Origin: Acholeplasmataceae bacterium
Lineage (GTDB): Bacteria > Bacillota_I > Bacilli_A > ML615J-28 > CAG-313
Length of the DNA stretch: 64,000 bases
Direction of reading: 5' to 3'
Assembly (NCBI GenBank): GCA_012838545.1
Contig: DUPC01000034.1
Location: forward strand, 1,225 to 65,224
The translations under genes and the position numbers were made by a program. Each line of letters begins with the position of its first letter. The stretch's first letter is position 1. The notes under the pieces were generated by a model, which had not been told where the DNA came from, did not search any database, and was given only the letters and a program-made list of their open reading frames with translations. This document shows positions 49,768-60,440 of the stretch, piece by piece.

Positions 49768-51210
49768 TTAATCTTTTTTCAAGAATGACATTTTGATATC
49801 CCATAATTTTTTTGATAAATCTACGATATAAACATGAGGATTGTCAAAACGTTTTACCTCGTCCCAAAAGGAAGATAATTCGTTTTGGCAATAAGCGCGA
49901 ATGCTATCAAGCTCAGGTTCCGCGTAAACCTTGTTTCCGTTTAAAAAAATGGGTTCATGTAGTTTCCTTGCCCAAAAATTCGTAACCGTCTTTTTCTTCC
50001 AAGGGTGTTCTGGATGGAAAAGCAAGTACTCTTTTTCTTCGTCAATCGTTTCATCATGAACGCAAATGACATCTCCAATCGCTTTTTGGGTTATTTTGTC
50101 ATATAAACGGTAAACGCATTTGAAATGCGGGGTGGTTATTTTGGCAACATTTTCGCTGATTTTTATTTTTGGAACTATTTCGCCGTCCTTTTCCACCGCT
50201 ACCAATTTATAAACACCGCCAAAAACCGGATCGCTTTTGGAAGTAATCAGTTTTTCGCCAACCCCAAAGGCATCGATGGATGCGCCTTGGTTCAATAAAT
50301 CAAGAATCAACTTTTCGTCCAAGGAATTGGAAACCACGATTTTGCAATCAAATAGTCCCTCCTCGTCAAGCATTTTTCTGGCTTCTTTGGATAGATAGGT
50401 TAAATCACCCGAATCAATCCGAATATTACATTTGGTTAACCCCTTGGGCCATAAAACTTCCTTGACGACTTTAATGACATTGGGTACGCCGCTTTGCAAC
50501 ACATTGTACGTGTCAACCAAAAAGGTAGGATTGTCGGGATAAAGCGTTGCGTAGGTGTGAAAAGCTTCGTACTCGGAATCAAAAATCTGAACCCACGAAT
50601 GAGCCATGGTCCCGGAAGCGGGAACACCGTATAGTTTATCCGTCAAAGTGCATGATGTGCCGTTCACTCCGGCAATATAGGCTGCTCTGGCTCCCAAAAT
50701 AGCGCTGCTTGGTCCGTGAGCCCTACGCGTTCCAAATTCAAAAACGATTCTTTCTCCTGCCGAACGCATGATTCGGCTGGCTTTTGTGGCAATCAAAGAT
50801 TGGTGGTTAACAGTGAGAAGCAAGAATGTTTCAATCAATTGAGCTTCGATTGCTTTAGCCCGCACTATGATTAAAGGTTCATTGGGGAATACCACGGTGC
50901 CTTCCGGTACCGAATAAATATCCCCCGTAAAACAAAATTCCTTTATGTAACTCAAAAAAGCTTCATCAAAACGGTTTTTGGTGCGCAAGTAGTTTATATC
51001 CTCTTCGGTAAAACGAAGGTTTTCGATATATTCGATTATTTGCGACAACCCCGCAAAAATCGCATATCCCCCTTTATCGGGAACAGTGCGAAAGAATAAA
51101 TCAAAATAAACTATTTCCTCTTTTTTATTGCTTAAGAAATAACCATTGGCCATGGTTAGTTCATAAAAGTCAACCAGCAAGGCATAACTGTCGTTATTTA
51201 TCGTTTTCAT
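49768..51210 (-). CDS. pncB: Nicotinate phosphoribosyltransferase
   Basis: LLVDFYELTMANGYF N-terminus. 480-aa NAPRTase. Confidence 0.85.
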   Translation of the reverse strand: MKTINNDSYALLVDFYELTMANGYFLSNKKEEIVYFDLFFRTVPDKGGYAIFAGLSQIIEYIENLRFTEEDINYLRTKNRFDEAFLSYIKEFCFTGDIYSVPEGTVVFPNEPLIIVRAKAIEAQLIETFLLLTVNHQSLIATKASRIMRSAGERIVFEFGTRRAHGPSSAILGARAAYIAGVNGTSCTLTDKLYGVPASGTMAHSWVQIFDSEYEAFHTYATLYPDNPTFLVDTYNVLQSGVPNVIKVVKEVLWPKGLTKCNIRIDSGDLTYLSKEARKMLDEEGLFDCKIVVSNSLDEKLILDLLNQGASIDAFGVGEKLITSKSDPVFGGVYKLVAVEKDGEIVPKIKISENVAKITTPHFKCVYRLYDKITQKAIGDVICVHDETIDEEKEYLLFHPEHPWKKKTVTNFWARKLHEPIFLNGNKVYAEPELDSIRAYCQNELSSFWDEVKRFDNPHVYIVDLSKKLWDIKMSFLKKD

Positions 51211-51733
51211 AATTGATTACTTCCATTAATAAACCTTTCATGACATCAAGGCTGGCTTTGTGCAATTGGGAATCATAACTTTGGGTGGCTTTCGCATCAA
51301 TAATTATTTGGGCATCTGGGCAGGCCGCTTTCGCTATCACCGCATTCGACAACACGCAAATATTGGAAACAAGTCCGCAAACTTCGATTTCATCAAAATC
51401 TTTGCCTCTTAAATAGTTGCCTAAATCCAATGATGGGAAGGTTTCCTTGATGAAAACTTGATCGATTGGTATTACAAGGTCTTTAACTTTCCCGTATAAC
51501 TCATGCCCTTTGGTTCCCTCTAGACAATGAGGAACAGGAAGTTTTCTTCCTTCTTCGGTTTCCAGGTAATTTGGTTGGTGCGTATCCAAGGTGAAGACTA
51601 CTTCATAGTTGTTTTGGCGATAGCTTTGGATCTTTTCCACGATGATTTCTTCCAACTTTTCCGCGCCGGGAAAACCCAAGGCCCCATCCACAAAATCATT
51701 CTGAAAATCAACCACGATTAATAATTTTTTCAT
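51194..51733 (-). CDS. pncA: Nicotinamidase / isochorismatase-family hydrolase
   Basis: LLIVVDFQNDFVDG plus the catalytic Cys context GLVSNICV. The start is ATG 51733 after GAGGA. The ORF-track extension has no RBS. Confidence 0.8.
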   Translation of the reverse strand: MKKLLIVVDFQNDFVDGALGFPGAEKLEEIIVEKIQSYRQNNYEVVFTLDTHQPNYLETEEGRKLPVPHCLEGTKGHELYGKVKDLVIPIDQVFIKETFPSLDLGNYLRGKDFDEIEVCGLVSNICVLSNAVIAKAACPDAQIIIDAKATQSYDSQLHKASLDVMKGLLMEVINYENDK

Positions 51734-51807
51734 GCTTTTTCCTCTTTTCTTTTTTATACCTTTATAATTATACTTATAATGCCTTTGTTTTGCAATTTTA
51801 ATGTATC

Positions 51808-51862
51808 TAAAAAAAAACAAAAAGCGTGATAATCGATAATCATCGAAAATTTTCACGCTTTT
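51808..51862 (-). terminator. Rho-independent terminator after the beta-helix lipoprotein gene
   Basis: Stem aaaagcgtga / tcacgctttt preceded on the plus strand by aaaaaaaaacaa, which is a T-run on the minus strand. Confidence 0.5.
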
Positions 51863-51873
51863 TTGTCAATCAA

Positions 51874-53964
51874 TTAATTTTTGTTTTGCATTTCCACAAT
51901 AGCAATCGCTTTAAAGTCGACACCCGCAACCACGACGTCCGGATGGAGTTCTAGGTATTTGTCATTGTGGGTAAATGTTCCTTCAATTACCGCTTCCGCA
52001 AACAACGCCATGATAACTTCTTCTTTTTGTTGCGCGGTTCCGTTTTGGAGTACATATTGATATGTTGGGTTTTCGGCTAGTTTTTGTGCCATAGCAGTTG
52101 CCAAATCATAACCAAACGGTGTAAAGACCGCACCTTGCGAAGCGATGGCGCCAATCAATTCATTTGAATGTTTGTACGGTTCTTCGGTTTCGCTGAAAGT
52201 CCGATACGATTCCACACCGTCAATGATCAAACGCACTTGGAATTTATCATCAAAATTGGTGATAGGGTTGCTGTTTTGAAGGAGGAAGGTGAAATTGAAA
52301 CTGGAATCCTCTGGATTGGTCTCCGGTGTAACAATAATCGACTTGTCGAACGGAATGCCTTGGCTTAAAGCAAAGTCGTTGATGGCTTGCATAGCGCCTT
52401 CGATTTGACTGACCAATAAACCAATAGTTTTTAATTGATAGGCTTCAAACCACGGACTGTTACGGGAAACGATATTGTTGATTACCGTATTGTTTACATA
52501 GACAACCGGGTCGTTGATTCCTCCGCCTTCATCTTTATCGTCAATAACGGTGATTGCGGCGGAACCTGATTTTTCCAAATAGGAATCGTTAATGATGATT
52601 TCTTCGGTTCCCCAAAGAAGGATACTGGCAGCCCAAGAATTGGTGATGTAAACATAATTAATTTCCGCTTTCGTGCCGGTATGGGTGGTGAAAATACCAT
52701 CGGTGGTAAAGTTGATGCGGACATTGTCGACAATCATCGTATCGCGGGTATTGCGTAAACCGATGTAACCACCAGAGATTGTATCATCCTCAGAATCAGG
52801 CAAGTTGGAATTGCCGATAATGTACATGTTTTCGTATTTTACAAAACCGCCATCTGGCCCCGCAGTGCCTACTCCGCTTCTAAAAATACTGGATTGGGTG
52901 GCGACGATTGTGTCGTCAACATCAACAAAACCGCCTTGTTGGCTGATGTCGTTGCCGAAATCGTCAACAGTTGCATCCAAACCTTTTAGTAATGGGAGTT
53001 TACTTCCGTCAATTGTGAAGTAATTTCCGTGAACGGTTAACTCACCGATTGATGTTGCATGGTAACGACGATAAGCATTGCCATGAACGCCGCGTAGTTC
53101 TTCGGTCGAAATATCACTGAAATTGTACGGAATCTTTTCGCCATTTAAAGTGTAGTATTGGCTTTCATCAAGTTGGGCTTCGATATTGCGATGAATATGA
53201 ATGTCATGAACATCGAGGTTTGCAAAAACCGCTTTCAATTCTGCGTCAGTATAAACATTGACGCCTTCTTGAACCAATACAGTATGAGAAAGAGGTGCCA
53301 AATTGTTCCAGTTGTAACGAAGCGAAACCACGATTTCGATTTCTTTTCCTAAAGCTGCTTCTTTAAATTTTAGTCCTACTTCTTCGTTTAAGGTAGCGTA
53401 GGTGTCAAAATCAACTGCTTCCCCGTCAATTTTTAATTGATATTCAAGTCGGTCATTGGTTAAATTAAGCGGACTAATGACCGGATTAACTTGTTCATCA
53501 AATACGACACTCGATGAAGTAATATCGATAATGTAAGGTGAATCGATTCCAACCGTGTACGGCTTAACTTCATCACGCAAGAATTTGGAGAAAACCCCAC
53601 TTGGAAGGTGACCATTTAAATAACCGGTAAGGTTTTCGCCGAAGCCAAAGCTGGTAATTTGTTTAATGATTTCTATTTCATGAATTGTTACTTTAGTTTT
53701 TTCTCTGATTTTTATTTTCGCATTTCCGGGTTGCAAAAACGCAACTTTGGTTAACCCATCTTGGGTAATGACTTTTACAACATCCGCACCTTCTTCGATA
53801 GTTACGATGGACTTTTCCGGAGCATTGATGGTAACGCCGGAATAACGAACAGATTTAATTGTTTCTGGTTCTGTCAATTCCACATCGCAACTTACCAAAA
53901 AGACGGCGAATAAGCTTATAATAAGCACAACACCAAACTTGGTAAATTTTTTAAATAAATTCAT
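51874..53964 (-). CDS. Large lipoprotein (696 aa) with a predicted parallel beta-helix region
   Basis: Signal peptide plus LVSC lipobox. The repetitive segments (NVRINFTTDGIFTTHTG, VYVNNTVINNIVS...) are typical of right-handed beta-helix proteins. Confidence 0.6.
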   Translation of the reverse strand: MNLFKKFTKFGVVLIISLFAVFLVSCDVELTEPETIKSVRYSGVTINAPEKSIVTIEEGADVVKVITQDGLTKVAFLQPGNAKIKIREKTKVTIHEIEIIKQITSFGFGENLTGYLNGHLPSGVFSKFLRDEVKPYTVGIDSPYIIDITSSSVVFDEQVNPVISPLNLTNDRLEYQLKIDGEAVDFDTYATLNEEVGLKFKEAALGKEIEIVVSLRYNWNNLAPLSHTVLVQEGVNVYTDAELKAVFANLDVHDIHIHRNIEAQLDESQYYTLNGEKIPYNFSDISTEELRGVHGNAYRRYHATSIGELTVHGNYFTIDGSKLPLLKGLDATVDDFGNDISQQGGFVDVDDTIVATQSSIFRSGVGTAGPDGGFVKYENMYIIGNSNLPDSEDDTISGGYIGLRNTRDTMIVDNVRINFTTDGIFTTHTGTKAEINYVYITNSWAASILLWGTEEIIINDSYLEKSGSAAITVIDDKDEGGGINDPVVYVNNTVINNIVSRNSPWFEAYQLKTIGLLVSQIEGAMQAINDFALSQGIPFDKSIIVTPETNPEDSSFNFTFLLQNSNPITNFDDKFQVRLIIDGVESYRTFSETEEPYKHSNELIGAIASQGAVFTPFGYDLATAMAQKLAENPTYQYVLQNGTAQQKEEVIMALFAEAVIEGTFTHNDKYLELHPDVVVAGVDFKAIAIVEMQNKN

Positions 53965-54060
53965 AACCTTTTCTCCTTTTAATCTCTTAAAAATTTAATT
54001 TTTTTATTATCAATTTTTATTTTACACAAATATCTTGTGTAATTACCAGGGTTTATTATT

Positions 54061-54477
54061 TTACCATTCATCTTCACCATTGTATTTTACAAAATTAATA
54101 TAGGTCTTACGGCTGTATTCAAAACACTCTAACATTATTTTGACATCAACATCATTTACAAATGTGATTATAATCTGTTCGCCGTCCAATTTGACATTTA
54201 CGTCATCCGGCTTATTGCTTTCCACTATGATGTCGGTAATATCCACATCTGCATTATCCGGCGCATAACCCCATTTAAGAATCACTTCGTCTTGACCTTG
54301 AGGTTTCACCACAATGGCATTGTTATCATATGGCGTGCCATCGTTTTTCAGAAAGAAAATGGAATCCATTTTAATTTTGTGATATTTGCCAAAAGATTCG
54401 CTGCCGAATACGGCCACAAACGCAATCGATATGACAACCACAAGGGTAACAATAAAGATAACTAATTTTTTATTCAT
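54061..54477 (-). CDS. Small N-terminally anchored extracytoplasmic protein of 138 aa
   Basis: N-terminal transmembrane anchor. A GGAGG RBS sits 8 nt upstream and overlaps the permease stop. Confidence 0.45.
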   Translation of the reverse strand: MNKKLVIFIVTLVVVISIAFVAVFGSESFGKYHKIKMDSIFFLKNDGTPYDNNAIVVKPQGQDEVILKWGYAPDNADVDITDIIVESNKPDDVNVKLDGEQIIITFVNDVDVKIMLECFEYSRKTYINFVKYNGEDEW

Positions 54478-54480
54478 TCT

Positions 54481-56124
54481 TTATTCCTCCCCGATTTCAT
54501 TAAAGTAAAGTTTGCTTTTGCTTAAAAGCATATAAAGTCTGATGCCAAAGAAAACCAAGGAAAGCAAAAGCAATCTAATCCAACCGGTCGCCACATTTTC
54601 AAACAACATGGCAATCGCAATCCCGCAGAGCCCCAATGATATCACCGTTCCAATTAAAATGGACTTTGTGGCATTGGGATTATCGTCAATGGATTGGGAA
54701 TTGGCATATTCCAAAAACCTCGGATTCATTAAATCAAGTTCATAAGACCAAAGAATGTGTCCGGAATTGATCAATAGAAAGATTAAACCAATCATTAAAG
54801 TGATGCCACTACTAAACACATGAACTTTCAGCAGCGCAATGACGGTCGCCAAAATCATCAAAATCGAAGCGGCGAAATTAATCGTCAGTTTTGCCCAAGT
54901 GATGCTTTTCAAGTTGGTTGGCGTGGTTTTCAATAAATAAAACTCCGTTCCTTCTCTAGTTAAGGCCGTAGCACTGTTGGTGTTTGCGGTTGTGAGGAGA
55001 AGGAGTCCGATACAAAGGTTAACCCCGACAACAATTTTTTCCCCAAATGGACTGATTTTAAAACTTAAGAAAATCAGATTCAAAATATAAAGTAAAAAGG
55101 GGAGCAACAGAAGCGAAAAGAATTGGGCAATTAATTGATCGCTACTGCGTAGAAGCGATTTAATTTCTTTTTTCAGAAAGGTAAAGTAGGTATTGGAAGT
55201 TTGCTTCATTTGGGAGCGGTAGCGATTGGTTTTGGCTTGTTCGAAGGTAAAAACCGTTAAACGGAAGTAAGTCCAAATCGATACGGTAAAAACCAAAACA
55301 AGCAGTCCGGCAATTACCGCCAAGACAATGCCCAAATTGCCAAAGAGGACAGAAAAATTGTTTCCGCTAAAAATGAAATTATTAATGTTGTTGTAAAAGA
55401 GCGACAATTTGTTAAAACGCGGTATTCCTTCACTTACTCCAGTTACCAGAATATCGATAAAAGTGTCTAGCCGCAAATGTTCTTTTTGGGTGACAATGCT
55501 GACCAAAGAACTAATACCCAAAAAGGCCAAAAACATCAATATACCGACCACCACAGCATTTAAGAAAGGATGGCGTTTTAGATAGTTCACAATAAAAACA
55601 AGCGGAATCGAAAGCAGTGCTCCAATCAACACCGGAAATAACGGAATCACCACAGCCATTAAAAAGACTTTAGAGATGAAGGCAAAATCAAAACCATACA
55701 ATTGGCGAAAATGATAACCGTATCCCAGGAAGAGCGGTAGCAACAATAAGAGGTTTTTGCGGAATTCGAAGTAATAAAAAACTATTAGCTTCGACACAAA
55801 AATTTCGCTATGATGAGCGGGAAGCGCCAAAAGAATGGCATTATCCTTGCTCGTATACAAAGTATTCATCAAACCAATAGTACAAGCGATTAAAGCAAAA
55901 ATTTGCGTGAAAAAGAGAATCGCTTGCAAAAGGGTAGTGTTTACGGTAATGTAAGTTAAACCCTGAAACGTAGGGATAATCATCGCAATTAGAAATATCA
56001 ACCCAAAGAAAAGCGTAACCTTTACAGATATCCCCGCAATCACTCTGCCCTTATTGCGTTTGATCGAAAAGGCCAAGCGATTGGCTAGTTGCATGGCAAC
56101 GAGGGTTTTTAACCTATGAAACAT
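54481..56124 (-). CDS. Large polytopic permease (547 aa, about 12 TM) resembling the putative ABC-exporter membrane proteins
   Basis: It is hydrophobic throughout and overlaps the ABC ATPase gene by 11 nt. Confidence 0.6.
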   Translation of the reverse strand: MFHRLKTLVAMQLANRLAFSIKRNKGRVIAGISVKVTLFFGLIFLIAMIIPTFQGLTYITVNTTLLQAILFFTQIFALIACTIGLMNTLYTSKDNAILLALPAHHSEIFVSKLIVFYYFEFRKNLLLLLPLFLGYGYHFRQLYGFDFAFISKVFLMAVVIPLFPVLIGALLSIPLVFIVNYLKRHPFLNAVVVGILMFLAFLGISSLVSIVTQKEHLRLDTFIDILVTGVSEGIPRFNKLSLFYNNINNFIFSGNNFSVLFGNLGIVLAVIAGLLVLVFTVSIWTYFRLTVFTFEQAKTNRYRSQMKQTSNTYFTFLKKEIKSLLRSSDQLIAQFFSLLLLPFLLYILNLIFLSFKISPFGEKIVVGVNLCIGLLLLTTANTNSATALTREGTEFYLLKTTPTNLKSITWAKLTINFAASILMILATVIALLKVHVFSSGITLMIGLIFLLINSGHILWSYELDLMNPRFLEYANSQSIDDNPNATKSILIGTVISLGLCGIAIAMLFENVATGWIRLLLLSLVFFGIRLYMLLSKSKLYFNEIGEE

Positions 56125-58288
56125 TTAGTTCACCTTCTAAAAGGTTAATATCACCGACATATTTCAGGTATATTGACTCGAGCGAGATTCCTTTTTCTTT
56201 AAGATTGTGAAGGTTTTCAATCGTAACAAGTTTTCCTTTATTGATAACCGCTATCCTATCGCAAATTACTTCTACTACCTCAATAATGTGGCTGGAGAAG
56301 AAAACGATATTTCCCGCTTTCGCATGATCTTTCATGCATTCTTTGATCTGAAAAGCGCTCGTAGGATCAAGTCCGGTCAACGGTTCATCGAGCACCCAAA
56401 CTTTCGGGTTATGAATCAGCGAAGCGATTACCGATATTTTTTGTTTCATGCCATGGGAATAAGTTTTAATTTGCTTATCAATGGCATCTTCCAAACCAAA
56501 CATTTTGACGTATTTATCAAGTCGGTTCCTCCGGTCTTCGGTAGAGACCAAAAACAAATCGGCTATATAACTTACATATTCTCTTCCGGTGAGCCGTTCG
56601 TACACCGCATGATTATCCGGGACATACCCAATCATGAGTTTGGCTTGAAGTGGGTTTTTTTGAATATCAAAACCGCACACTTCAATCGTTCCTTCGGTAA
56701 TCGATTGGATACCGACCAAACTCTTGATGACAGTGCTTTTTCCGGCTCCGTTGTGGCCTAAGAAACCAAAAATCTCGCCTTGATGAACTTCTAGACTAAA
56801 GTCATCTACCGCTTTGGTTTTATTTTTTCCATAGATTTTTGAAAAATTACTTATTTTGATTGAACTGTTTACTCCCTGCATGGCATTAATCTCCTCGATG
56901 CTTAAACTTGTTGTACCCCCACCTAAAAGTTTATGGCGTACTTTTCTAACATGCCAATCATAATGATGATCGCTTACTTTATATAAAGCGTCATAAACAA
57001 ACCAGGTGGCGAAGGTCAAAAAGATAAAGCCAAAATATATACCCAGCCAATACCATGGATAAACCCTAAACGTTAAATTCCCCACCGGAATATCGAAAAT
57101 TCCGTTAAACCTTAAAGTTTTTAAGAAACCAAACTTTTTGGCTAAAAAGTCATCGTTTAGGAAAAAGTAATTGACACCTGTATCGTAATTGTAAAACCAA
57201 CTGTTGATAAAAGCAACAACGATGAAATAGATACTGAAGACACCGATAGAGGCGGTAATCAATTTAAAGTTCGGTCTTGGGAAAATATGCAAGGCAACCC
57301 CTAAAAGCGGAAGCATAAAGGCATAAAAGTGGTTAATCCAATAATGCATGCTGGTGATGGAAAAGAAGTCGCTTGATATGCTGGGGATAACAAGCGCAAT
57401 CAAGGCCCCGACCACATTGATAAAATAGTTAAAATAAAAGAAAGTTTTGCTGCGGAAGATAAAGGCGATAAACATCAAAATCATTGCCGTATTGCATAAA
57501 TGCAAGGGCCACTTGGTTAAAACTGTAAAACTGTTAAAATCATAGTTGTTAAAATAAGTGAATATCCCCGCAACCGCAAGCAACACCGTTAGCAAATAAC
57601 GGCTTTCGTACGTTTTGGAACGGAAAAGAATATACAAAACCGCCGGAACCAAAAAGCAAAGGTAAAGTATTATCCGATGCAGAGGATTGAAATCCTTAGG
57701 TGTTTGGCCCAGCGGACCAAAAATACCTCTAAAGGTATAAAGCGGCATTACAAGGAGAGTTGCAAAACTAAAAATCCCGAATGCTTGGGCTATTCTTTTA
57801 ACCGTTAAGTCTTCTTGCTCAAACTTTTTGGTTAGAAACGCTAAACACCCCATGCTTAAGAGTAAGCCTTGTTCCAATCCGAATTGAAACATCCTTAGGG
57901 TCGACCAACTAAAACTCGGACCTAAAAAGGCTTGTCCATTTAGTTTTATTAAAATAAAGTTGACAATGGCAACTATCGGGACAAAGCGGCTAAGGATGAG
58001 GGAAAAGTGTTTATTATTGAAAAAGGGGGTGACAAGGGTGACAAGAATCGCTCCCGAAGTGTAAGCCCTTAGAAGGACAAACAAGATGCGGAAAAAAGAA
58101 AAAGGTATTAGGTTTTGGGAATTGGACAATTCTTCAAAATAATCCAGCGAAAATAAACGAAAAAAATAAATAATCGCAAGGATTACTGCGCCAATTTTTA
58201 AGCTGAGTGAAGCGTAGTTTTTTTTCTTAAGTCCTATATAAATACTGGCAAGAAGAAAAAGGGGTATTATCATTAGTGCAAAAATCAT
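56114..58288 (-). CDS. ABC transporter ATP-binding protein fused to a 440-aa N-terminal integral membrane domain
   Basis: The C-terminus carries Walker A GHNGAGKST, signature YSHGMKQKISV and Walker B VWVLDEPLTGLD. The N-terminal ~440 aa hold more than 10 transmembrane helices, including the motif KWPLHLCNTAMI. Confidence 0.75.
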   Translation of the reverse strand: MIFALMIIPLFLLASIYIGLKKKNYASLSLKIGAVILAIIYFFRLFSLDYFEELSNSQNLIPFSFFRILFVLLRAYTSGAILVTLVTPFFNNKHFSLILSRFVPIVAIVNFILIKLNGQAFLGPSFSWSTLRMFQFGLEQGLLLSMGCLAFLTKKFEQEDLTVKRIAQAFGIFSFATLLVMPLYTFRGIFGPLGQTPKDFNPLHRIILYLCFLVPAVLYILFRSKTYESRYLLTVLLAVAGIFTYFNNYDFNSFTVLTKWPLHLCNTAMILMFIAFIFRSKTFFYFNYFINVVGALIALVIPSISSDFFSITSMHYWINHFYAFMLPLLGVALHIFPRPNFKLITASIGVFSIYFIVVAFINSWFYNYDTGVNYFFLNDDFLAKKFGFLKTLRFNGIFDIPVGNLTFRVYPWYWLGIYFGFIFLTFATWFVYDALYKVSDHHYDWHVRKVRHKLLGGGTTSLSIEEINAMQGVNSSIKISNFSKIYGKNKTKAVDDFSLEVHQGEIFGFLGHNGAGKSTVIKSLVGIQSITEGTIEVCGFDIQKNPLQAKLMIGYVPDNHAVYERLTGREYVSYIADLFLVSTEDRRNRLDKYVKMFGLEDAIDKQIKTYSHGMKQKISVIASLIHNPKVWVLDEPLTGLDPTSAFQIKECMKDHAKAGNIVFFSSHIIEVVEVICDRIAVINKGKLVTIENLHNLKEKGISLESIYLKYVGDINLLEGELNVS

Positions 58289-58465
58289 CGGGCATCAACC
58301 CTCCTTCTAATAAAACAACAAAAAAGCCTTTTTTATTGGCGCTATTCACATTATTATAACAAAATCGACCCCTTAATGCAATACAAATTCTAGTAAGGGG
58401 CATAAAACCTGCCTTAAAAAGCATAAGAACCCTCGGAAATTGAGGGTTCAATTTGTTTGTTTAAG

Positions 58466-59620
58466 TTATTTAAATCTGTTTTTTAACCAAATTGGGATTT
58501 TCGGATCAGTCTTGCGACTGTCTTCTTTGCGCCCCGGAATCGTTGTTTCGCCGCCACCGAATTCAAATTCCCGTTGAACCGTTTTCGGACGGGCTGAATT
58601 AACCAAGTCATCAACATTGCTTGTTTCCCGTTTTTCTTTTGCTTTGCTGTTGGTGGTATCAAAACCGGTCGCAATTACTGTTACAACAACTTCTCCTTGT
58701 AAATCCATATTAAATCCTGTACCGTGGATAATATCGATTTCGGTTGAAGAAGCACTTCTTATTTCCGAAATGACATCTTCAATTTCTTTCATGGTAATAT
58801 CCACGTCGCTGGTGATTTGAACAATTGCATCGGTTGCGCCGTTAATGTCAATTTCCAACAAAGGACTGCTGATGGCAATTCGCGCCGCATCAACCGCCCG
58901 GTTGGGACCGCTGGCAGCACCGATTCCCATTAGCGCCGTACCTTTACCTTGCAAAACTGTCCGCACGTCCGCAAAATCCACGTTAATCAATCCCGGCAGG
59001 GAAATGATTTCCGATATACCTTGGACGCCGCGACGCAAAACATTATCGGCTTCACGGAACGCTTCTAGGTATGTGGTATTATTGCCAATGACTTCCAATA
59101 GTTTATCATTTGGTACAATAATCAAAGTATCAACATAAGGACGCATTTCTTCAATGCCTTGAAGGGCTTGTTGCATCCGACGTTTACCTTCAAAACCAAA
59201 TGGTTTGGTAACAATGCCGACAACCAAAGCACCCATTTCCTTGGCATAACGCGCAATTACCGGAGCAGCACCGGTCCCGGTTCCGCCACCCATACCGGCG
59301 GTAATAAACACCATATCGGCATCCTTCAAAGCTTCGCGAATTTCCGCTTCCGATTCTTCGCAAGCCCGACGGCCGATTTCCGGATTTGCGCCGGCACCTA
59401 AGCCTTTGGTTATTTGTTTACCAATTTGGATTCGCACTTCTGCTTTCGATAATCTTAAAACTTGCGCATCGGTATTGATGGCAATATATTCGACGCCCCG
59501 GACATCATTTTCAATCATCCGATTAATCGCGTTACCGCCACCGCCGCCAATGCCAACCACTTTTAAGATTGGTCTCGAACTGAACATTTCTTCATCGCGT
59601 TGGTTCACTTGAGAATTCAT
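58466..59620 (-). CDS. ftsZ: Cell division protein FtsZ
   Basis: Tubulin signature [10 protein letters not shown]. 384 aa. Confidence 0.97.
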   Translation of the reverse strand: MNSQVNQRDEEMFSSRPILKVVGIGGGGGNAINRMIENDVRGVEYIAINTDAQVLRLSKAEVRIQIGKQITKGLGAGANPEIGRRACEESEAEIREALKDADMVFITAGMGGGTGTGAAPVIARYAKEMGALVVGIVTKPFGFEGKRRMQQALQGIEEMRPYVDTLIIVPNDKLLEVIGNNTTYLEAFREADNVLRRGVQGISEIISLPGLINVDFADVRTVLQGKGTALMGIGAASGPNRAVDAARIAISSPLLEIDINGATDAIVQITSDVDITMKEIEDVISEIRSASSTEIDIIHGTGFNMDLQGEVVVTVIATGFDTTNSKAKEKRETSNVDDLVNSARPKTVQREFEFGGGETTIPGRKEDSRKTDPKIPIWLKNRFK

Positions 59621-59846
59621 AGCATTGCTCCTTCCAATTAGGTAATAAACACACTACACTAATTTAGTATATTATATCATTATCAGTAGGGTTTTTCAAA
59701 TAAATAAACAGAAAAAATAAAAAATATGGTTTTTTAGTCCCAAAAAAGGTATCATAACAGCTTCTGGTCAACATGATTATATGTTAATTCCTAAAATTTG
59801 TCAATTGTTTTTGAAATTTGGGGTTTATTTTTGTTATGCCTTCAAA

Positions 59847-59875
59847 TTAAAAAAGGACTGAGTGTCCTTTTTTAA
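59847..59875 (-). terminator. Rho-independent terminator after cotJC
   Basis: aaaaaaggac-tgagt-gtcctttttt. Confidence 0.55.
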
Positions 59876-59879
59876 TGAA

Positions 59880-60440
59880 CTACTTGAGCCCCATTTCTTG
59901 ATACCTTTGCAACAATTCTGCAAACCTGTGATAATGGATAATCTCCCTTTGACGAAGGAAGAGCAGCGGTTGAATGACTTCGTCGCTTGTGGCGAGGTTG
60001 ATTAGATTTTCATAAACCGCCCGCGCTTTTTGTTCGGCTGCCATGTTTTCCTCAATATTGGCAATCGGATCCCCTACCGCGGAAATATAAGCGGTTGTGA
60101 ACGGTTCACCGCTACTGTTTTCCGGGAACAAATCCAGTCCGTGGTTGGAATAATACGGACCAAGTCCAGCTGCAATAATTTCTTCTTTTGTCGCACCTTT
60201 GGTTAGTTGGTAAACCATGGCGGCAATTACTTCCACGTGAGCCAATTCTTCGGTTCCAATATCGGTCAACAGAGCTTTTCCGTAATCGTCCGGCATCGTG
60301 TAGCGTTGATTGAGATAACGGATTGCGGCGGCAAGTTCGCCTTGCGGTCCACCGTATTGGGTTAAAATGTTTTTTGCCATGGGTAAATCGCGTTTGGTGA
60401 TATTAACAGGGTATTGCAATTTCTTCTCATAAATCCACAT
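59880..60440 (-). CDS. cotJC: Spore coat protein CotJC (manganese-catalase family)
   Basis: MWIYEKKLQYPV...LAAA(I/L)RYLNQRYT...LLTDIGTEE.AH.E is collinear with B. subtilis CotJC. The start overlaps the cotJB stop (TAATG). Confidence 0.85.
   Translation of the reverse strand: MWIYEKKLQYPVNITKRDLPMAKNILTQYGGPQGELAAAIRYLNQRYTMPDDYGKALLTDIGTEELAHVEVIAAMVYQLTKGATKEEIIAAGLGPYYSNHGLDLFPENSSGEPFTTAYISAVGDPIANIEENMAAEQKARAVYENLINLATSDEVIQPLLFLRQREIIHYHRFAELLQRYQEMGLK

Noticed and set aside
58289-58465. Possible ftsZ terminator hairpins (gaaccctc...gagggttc and cccctta...taagggg)
   Set aside because: The stems are present but the downstream T-runs are weak or interrupted, so I could not call a confident intrinsic terminator.
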